Shown here piece after piece: positions 32,182-35,090 of a stretch of 35,090 bases of DNA. The translations under genes were made by a program, and so were the position numbers. Numbering within the stretch: position 1 is the first letter of the stretch; every line of letters begins with the position of its first letter. The notes below the pieces were generated by a model, which was given only the letters and a program-made list of their open reading frames with translations, was not told where the DNA came from and made no database searches. The stretch is from the IMG/VR virus record IMGVR_UViG_3300001528_000176, positions 1 through 35,090 of that record. One strand, written 5' to 3'. This DNA is from a virus.

Positions 32182-32930
32182 CCGAATGTCACCTCCTCAC
32201 CGCCATCAGCGGGCGCAGCATCCAACTCGTCCGCGTCATGCCAGCGCTCCCCGTTCAGCCAGGTGGCCACGTGAGGGATGCCGATGTCCCGCTGCCACTC
32301 CTCCGTGGCCTTCAGTTTCGCCAGCGACCGCGCCATGGTGTCGATCAGCGTGTCATCGGGCTGCAGCTTGTCCCATGCCGCGATAGCCCTCTGCTTGTTC
32401 TTCCGCCCCTTCCTGGGGTAGTAGTCCCACAGCCCCGCGAACCGCTCCGGCTTCCAGTCCGGTGCGTCCTTGTGCACACTCTTTTGCACACGCTTTCCCC
32501 CATGGGGGGTAAGGGGGGTATGTTCTACTGTATTGTTCCCTTTATATTGTAGGGGGGTAATCATTTTTGCGGACACCCCCCTTACATTTTTGCGGAGAGG
32601 GGTGTCCGCAATTTTGCTGACACCCCCTGTGCAAATTCCGGCGAAAATGCGCCGCTCGCTGCCTCCGCTGGTGGGCACCATCTCCACCGTCAGGTACCCG
32701 GCATCCCGCAGGCTGCTGATGAGCCGCGTCACGGTCGTGGGCGCCCAGCCGTAGAGCTCCGCGAAGTAATCGTTCTTCGCCCAGCAGAAGCCTTTCCGGT
32801 CACACAGCGCGCTGATCTCACCGAACAGCAGCTTGGCGTTCGCCGGGATCCGGTCGTCATAGCGCACCGGCGCGGGGATCACTGCCCAGTATCCGGGCGA
32901 TTCAGTTTTTTTTGCCAAATTTCCTCTCAC
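32169..32930 (-). CDS. Replisome organizer / replication initiator (N-terminal wHTH, C-terminal DnaD-like phage domain)
   Basis: The N-terminal region reads ...IPANAKLLFGEISALCDRKGFCWAKNDYFAELYGWAPTTVTRLISSLRDAGYL.... The C-terminal region reads ...LWDYYPRKGRKNKQRAIAAWDKL.... The start is uncertain (GTG at 32930 or TTG at 32918). Confidence 0.75.
   Translation of the reverse strand: MRGNLAKKTESPGYWAVIPAPVRYDDRIPANAKLLFGEISALCDRKGFCWAKNDYFAELYGWAPTTVTRLISSLRDAGYLTVEMVPTSGGSERRIFAGICTGGVSKIADTPLRKNVRGVSAKMITPLQYKGNNTVEHTPLTPHGGKRVQKSVHKDAPDWKPERFAGLWDYYPRKGRKNKQRAIAAWDKLQPDDTLIDTMARSLAKLKATEEWQRDIGIPHVATWLNGERWHDADELDAAPADGGEEVTFGWQT
32471..32640. repeat. Iteron/inverted-repeat cluster inside the organizer gene: candidate origin of replication
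   Basis: TTTTGCGGACACCCCCC (32565-32581) and TTTTGCTGACACCCCC (32612-32627) are direct repeats. TTGCGGACACCCC (32567-32579) is inverted against GGGGTGTCCGCAA (32599-32611). GGGGGGTAA occurs three times and TGTGCACA once. Confidence 0.6.
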
Positions 32931-32933
32931 CCC

Positions 32934-32961
32934 TTGCGAACGTCAAATTTTCTGGTATACT
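32934..32961 (+). promoter_or_regulatory. Plus-strand promoter with extended -10 (TTGCGA-16 nt-TGgTATACT)
   Basis: The -35 element is at 32934-32939 and the -10 at 32956-32961, preceded by TGG. It points opposite to every surrounding gene. Confidence 0.6.
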
Positions 32962-32964
32962 GGA

Positions 32965-33040
32965 ATTGTTCTCACGAGGTTAGCGCCTCGTACCTTCGCA
33001 GGAACGCTTCCGATTCGCACTCGGAGGCGTTCTTTTTTTG
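32965..33040 (+). ncRNA. Candidate ~75-nt antisense sRNA (OOP-like / countertranscript / type I antitoxin)
   Basis: It is bounded by the 32934-32961 promoter and the 33002-33039 terminator. It has a 5' hairpin ACGAGG-TTAGCG-CCTCGT at 32974-32991. No ORF is present. The 5' end is approximate. Confidence 0.5.
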
Positions 33041-33126
33041 CGTCCGCAGCCGTCCACCAGCCGGACGACCGCCGCCGCGCCGGCAGCCGCACAAGCGTAC
33101 TGCACGACCATGACCCATAGCTCCAT
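32980..33126 (-). CDS. Small hydrophobic/basic peptide, 48 aa (MELWVMVVQYACAAAGAAAVVRLVDGCGRKKRTPPSANRKRSCEGTRR)
   Basis: A strong SD GAGGAGGTG lies 7 nt upstream of the ATG at 33126. The ORF track hides it inside a longer spurious ORF. Its 3' half is complementary to the candidate sRNA. Confidence 0.45.
   Translation of the reverse strand: MELWVMVVQYACAAAGAAAVVRLVDGCGRKKRTPPSANRKRSCEGTRR
33002..33039 (+). terminator. Plus-strand rho-independent terminator (11-bp stem + T7)
   Basis: The structure is GAACGCTTCCG-ATTCGCACT-CGGAGGCGTTC followed by TTTTTTT. In minus sense no U-run follows the stem. Confidence 0.65.
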
Positions 33127-33140
33127 GACCTCACCTCCTC

Positions 33141-33389
33141 TCAGCACGCCTTCGCCCACAGCGCGAACAGCTCCTCCTTGGGGATGCGTGTCACGCGGGC
33201 GATGGCCGCGATCTCCTTGCCCGAGCAGCTGGGCAGATCCTTGATTCGGGCGTAGATCGTACTCCGGCTCATGCCCGCCGCCTTCGCCGCCCCGTCCAGG
33301 CCGCCGTGGATGGCGTAGGCCTGTGACCTGATGCGGATAGCCATATCCTTCGCCGCGTCCGTCTTGGCGCTCAGCTTCGTCCTCGGCAT
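33141..33389 (-). CDS. Small HTH DNA-binding protein (82 aa)
   Basis: The HTH-like segment is ...AAKAAGMSRSTIYARIKD.... The SD is GGAGGAGGTG. Confidence 0.6.
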   Translation of the reverse strand: MPRTKLSAKTDAAKDMAIRIRSQAYAIHGGLDGAAKAAGMSRSTIYARIKDLPSCSGKEIAAIARVTRIPKEELFALWAKAC

Positions 33390-33391
33390 AC

Positions 33392-33838
33392 CTACACCTC
33401 CTCCGCGTACTGCAGCGCCAGCGCTGCCTGTACAATGTCGCCCAGCTCCCCGGCGATCTCGTCGAAGAGCGCCCGCTCACTGTCGCTGATGACCCCGTCC
33501 TCGGCGATCTCCAGCAGCTGGTCACTCCGGTGCGCCTCGGCGAAGGCCAGCACCCGCCGCACCAGCTTGATGGTGGCCACCGGCAGCGGCTCCGGCCGTG
33601 CGTATTGCACGCACTCCGGCAGCAGCGCCGACTTGAGCTGCAGGTGCTGCAAGCCCAGATACTGGACGTTGTACACCGCGCACATCCGCGCCACGATGTC
33701 GTCACCCGGCAGCCGCTCCCCGGACTCGTAGGCCCGTATGCTGGTGTCGCTGACGGCCAGCCGCTCCGCCGCGGCCTCCTGCGTCAGCCCCGCCGCTTTC
33801 CGGGCAGTCTGATAGATGTTTCCGCCGTCCTTCGGCAT
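33392..33838 (-). CDS. XRE-family HTH regulator with C-terminal helical domain (148 aa)
   Basis: The HTH reads ARKAAGLTQEAAAERLAVSDTSIRAYESGERLP. The ATG at 33838 has optimal spacing from AAAGGAGG. Confidence 0.7.
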   Translation of the reverse strand: MPKDGGNIYQTARKAAGLTQEAAAERLAVSDTSIRAYESGERLPGDDIVARMCAVYNVQYLGLQHLQLKSALLPECVQYARPEPLPVATIKLVRRVLAFAEAHRSDQLLEIAEDGVISDSERALFDEIAGELGDIVQAALALQYAEEV

Positions 33839-33866
33839 GGACATTTCCTCCTTTCTTCCGTATGCT

Positions 33867-34052
33867 TTAGCTGGCAGCGTTGGCCAGCAGCTCCGCCTCG
33901 GTGCAGCCCAGCAGCTCGCACAGCTTCCGCCGGTACTTCCGCAGCGGCACGTTGCCGGTAAGCTCCCACTTGGTCACCGTGGATCTGTCCACGTCCAGCC
34001 GGTCGGCCACCTGTGCCTGCGTCAGGCCGCGGCGCTCCCGCAGCTCCTTCAT
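33867..34052 (-). CDS. Cro-like XRE HTH regulator (61 aa), first gene of the lytic transcript
   Basis: The sequence reads MKELRERRGLTQAQVADRLDVDRSTVTKWELTGNVP. It lies downstream of the 34198-34226 promoter. The exact start (ATG at 34052 or GTG at 34058) is uncertain. Confidence 0.7.
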   Translation of the reverse strand: MKELRERRGLTQAQVADRLDVDRSTVTKWELTGNVPLRKYRRKLCELLGCTEAELLANAAS

Positions 34053-34083
34053 CGACACGCAAATCACATCCTTTCTTGTTTTT

Positions 34084-34097
34084 CTGTGAAAATTCAC
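34084..34097. promoter_or_regulatory. CTGTGAAAATTCAC motif (palindromic core GTGAA-AA-TTCAC), copy 1
   Basis: It is identical to 34984-34997. It abuts the -35 of the plus-strand promoter and lies in the leader of the Cro-like gene. Confidence 0.5.
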
Positions 34098-34098
34098 C

Positions 34099-34127
34099 TT
34101 GCACGGCGTAGGAAAGGGTGGTATGAT
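34099..34127 (+). promoter_or_regulatory. Lysogenic-direction promoter (TTGCAC-17 nt-TGgTATGAT)
   Basis: The -35 element is at 34099-34104 and the extended -10 at 34122-34127. It points at the XRE gene at 34287. Confidence 0.6.
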
Positions 34128-34197
34128 AGTCATGTCAGGAACCACATACGCACCCTTTCGCGGGCTCACCTTTCGGTGTCGGCCTCGCTATGGTTGC

Positions 34198-34226
34198 ATA
34201 TTATCACGGTGTACCGTGATTGTCAA
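34198..34226 (-). promoter_or_regulatory. Lytic-direction promoter (TTGACA-17 nt-TAATAT)
   Basis: The minus-sense sequence reads TTGACA (34221-34226), spacer ATCACGGTACACCGTGA, then TAATAT (34198-34203). The spacer is itself an operator palindrome. Confidence 0.7.
34203..34220. promoter_or_regulatory. Operator O1: ATCACGG-TGTA-CCGTGAT
   Basis: It has perfect 7-bp inverted arms and fills the spacer of the lytic promoter. Confidence 0.65.
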
Positions 34227-34230
34227 CACC

Positions 34231-34252
34231 AAATCACTGTTGCCAGTGATTT
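34231..34252. promoter_or_regulatory. Operator O2: AAATCACTG-TTGC-CAGTGATTT
   Basis: It has perfect 9-bp inverted arms and shares the ATCAC/GTGAT half-site with O1. It lies just outside the lytic -35. Confidence 0.65.
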
Positions 34253-34286
34253 TTGGCGTAATGCACGAAAATGTCGGAGACTAATT

Positions 34287-34514
34287 ATGTACGATCCACA
34301 AAATACCGCGTTCCGCATCAAGAAGCGGACAAAGGAACTCAAAGTCCCTATGCGGACGCTTTTGCATGACTGCGGCCTTGGCATCAACGCCGTTTCTCAG
34401 CTTGCAAACGGCAGCGTCATGTCGTACATCTCCCTCGCTCTGATCGCCGACCGCCTGGACTGCTCCGTGGACTACCTGCTGGGGCGGACGGAGAACCCCG
34501 CCGTTAACCGGTGA
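34287..34514 (+). CDS. XRE-family HTH regulator (75 aa), CI-like repressor candidate
   Basis: A GGAGA SD lies 6 nt upstream of the ATG. The sequence reads ...MRTLLHDCGLGINAVSQLANGS... and ...LDCSVDYLLGRTENP. The ORF track embeds it in a longer spurious ORF. Confidence 0.75.
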   Translation: MYDPQNTAFRIKKRTKELKVPMRTLLHDCGLGINAVSQLANGSVMSYISLALIADRLDCSVDYLLGRTENPAVNR

Positions 34515-34529
34515 GCGCAGGAAGACGCC

Positions 34530-34943
34530 ATGAAGAACAACGATCAAATCACCGCCTGCGACGCCGAAGTCCTGGAATACTTCCGGAAGCATAGCCCCGC
34601 GTCAGCTTCAGACGCTGAAAAGGCGCTCCCGGATACAGGCGCTGTCGAGCATCGCATTGCCGCATTGACCAAGCCCGATGTCGGGCTTCTGGCCGAAGAC
34701 GTGGATACTGACCTCTCGGGCACACGAGAACTCCACAGAGGCCTCGGCACCTACCGCATCACGCCCAAGGGCGAGATCGCGCTGAGCGACTACCTTGCGG
34801 AGCGAAAGCAGCACCGAAAAGAGCTTTTACTGAAAAGCGCGTGGATGCCCATTCTCGTGTCTATCGCAGCAAATATAGCAATAGACGGAATACGACAGTT
34901 GTGGCCGCTGATACAGCAATGGTTACTCCATACTCTCGCATGA
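34530..34943 (+). CDS. C-terminally membrane-anchored protein (137 aa), co-transcribed with the repressor; exclusion/immunity candidate
   Basis: The soluble N-terminal part looks helical and wHTH-like (VLEYFRKHSPASASDAEKAL). The C-terminal TM segment is AWMPILVSIAANIAIDGI. Confidence 0.6.
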   Translation: MKNNDQITACDAEVLEYFRKHSPASASDAEKALPDTGAVEHRIAALTKPDVGLLAEDVDTDLSGTRELHRGLGTYRITPKGEIALSDYLAERKQHRKELLLKSAWMPILVSIAANIAIDGIRQLWPLIQQWLLHTLA

Positions 34944-34962
34944 ACTCCCGCCATCGTCGCAT
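34861..34962 (-). CDS. Small basic/hydrophobic peptide, 33 aa (MRRWREFMREYGVTIAVSAATTVVFRLLLYLLR)
   Basis: A strong intergenic SD GGGAGGTG lies 5 nt upstream of the ATG at 34962. The ORF is convergent with, and overlaps, the 3' end of 34530-34943. It lies downstream of the 132-160 promoter across the circular junction. Confidence 0.35.
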   Translation of the reverse strand: MRRWREFMREYGVTIAVSAATTVVFRLLLYLLR

Positions 34963-34983
34963 TTTCTCACCTCCCGCATCAAA

Positions 34984-34997
34984 CTGTGAAAATTCAC
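34984..34997. promoter_or_regulatory. CTGTGAAAATTCAC motif, copy 2
   Basis: It is identical to 34084-34097. In minus sense it lies about 8 nt upstream of the SD of the 33-aa ORF. Confidence 0.45.
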
Positions 34998-35015
34998 TGC
35001 TTCCCCCGGCAAAAC

Positions 35016-35090
35016 GGGCGGCGCAATTACGGTGAAGACGTTGTAACTGCATCCGCCCGTTTCCCGCTCTGACACAAGCACTAAAGGGGG
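35016..35090. repeat. 75-bp terminal direct repeat, copy 2 (identical to 1-75)
   Basis: The two copies were compared directly. Confidence 0.95.

Larger units (their letters stand above)
1..35090. mobile_element. Complete temperate siphovirus-type phage genome, circularly permuted (unit length 35,015 bp)
   Basis: Complete lysogeny, early/replication, packaging, HK97-like head, long-tail and lysis modules are present. The first 75 nt are identical to the last 75 nt. Confidence 0.85.

Noticed and set aside
32471-32640. A CRISPR-like array of short repeats.
   Set aside because: The repeats are 13-17 bp, in mixed direct and inverted orientation, irregularly spaced, and inside a coding region. 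This is the pattern of origin iterons, not of a repeat-spacer array.
32906-32913. Homopolymer tracts as phase-variation switches: the A8 run in codons 6-8 of the organizer gene (T8 on the plus strand) and the G8 run at 24251-24258 next to the HNH stop codon.
   Set aside because: There is no evidence of length heterogeneity from a single sequence, and the G8 run is non-coding. They are noted only as places to check the read pile-ups.
34861-35052. A 63-aa minus-strand ORF starting at 35052, as listed in the ORF track.
   Set aside because: Its ATG lies inside the long hairpin of the terminal-repeat region and has no convincing SD. The internal ATG at 34962 has a strong GGGAGGTG SD, so only the 33-aa version was kept, and at low confidence.

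Overview
The window is one complete, circularly permuted genome of about 35.0 kb from a temperate siphovirus-type phage or prophage. Its first 75 nt are identical to its last 75 nt, giving a unit length of 35,015 bp. GC content is high, and the gene content looks Clostridia-like (HTH-type replisome organizer, small Cys-rich zinc-ribbon proteins, ParB-domain methylase); the host call is inference only.

About 31 kb forms a single minus-strand gene train from 34052 down to 3407. In order it carries:
- a Cro-like HTH and two further HTH regulators;
- a 48-aa peptide, a replisome organizer with embedded iterons, and DnaB;
- ParA and ParB;
- about ten small genes, several of them Cys-rich;
- an HUH Rep-like protein, followed by an AT-rich island;
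- a zinc-ribbon protein and an HNH endonuclease;
- a ParB-domain adenine methyltransferase;
- TerS, TerL, portal, ClpP-like protease and an HK97-type major capsid protein;
- connector proteins, major tail protein, frameshifted tail chaperone, tape measure, Dit and Tal;
- baseplate and fibre proteins, then holin and endolysin.

The plus strand carries the lysogeny module, which is continuous across the window ends. It holds two XRE repressor-like genes, membrane and lipoprotein cargo, and a tyrosine integrase next to an attP-like tRNA/tmRNA 3' end.

The most interesting signals are at the DNA level:
1. Three identical 21-bp hairpin palindromes lie dispersed through the genome, one inside parB. 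They are candidate parS centromeres.
2. An iteron cluster sits inside the organizer gene.
3. A promoter-to-terminator antisense sRNA of about 75 nt lies just upstream of the replication genes and overlaps a small hydrophobic ORF. It could be OOP-like, ctRNA-like or a type I antitoxin.
4. The immunity switch has face-to-face, near-consensus promoters with the operators sitting in or next to the lytic promoter.
5. A second operator/promoter module points at a 33-aa membrane peptide that lies antisense to the lysogeny operon.

All functional calls come from motif recognition by eye. No database search was run.
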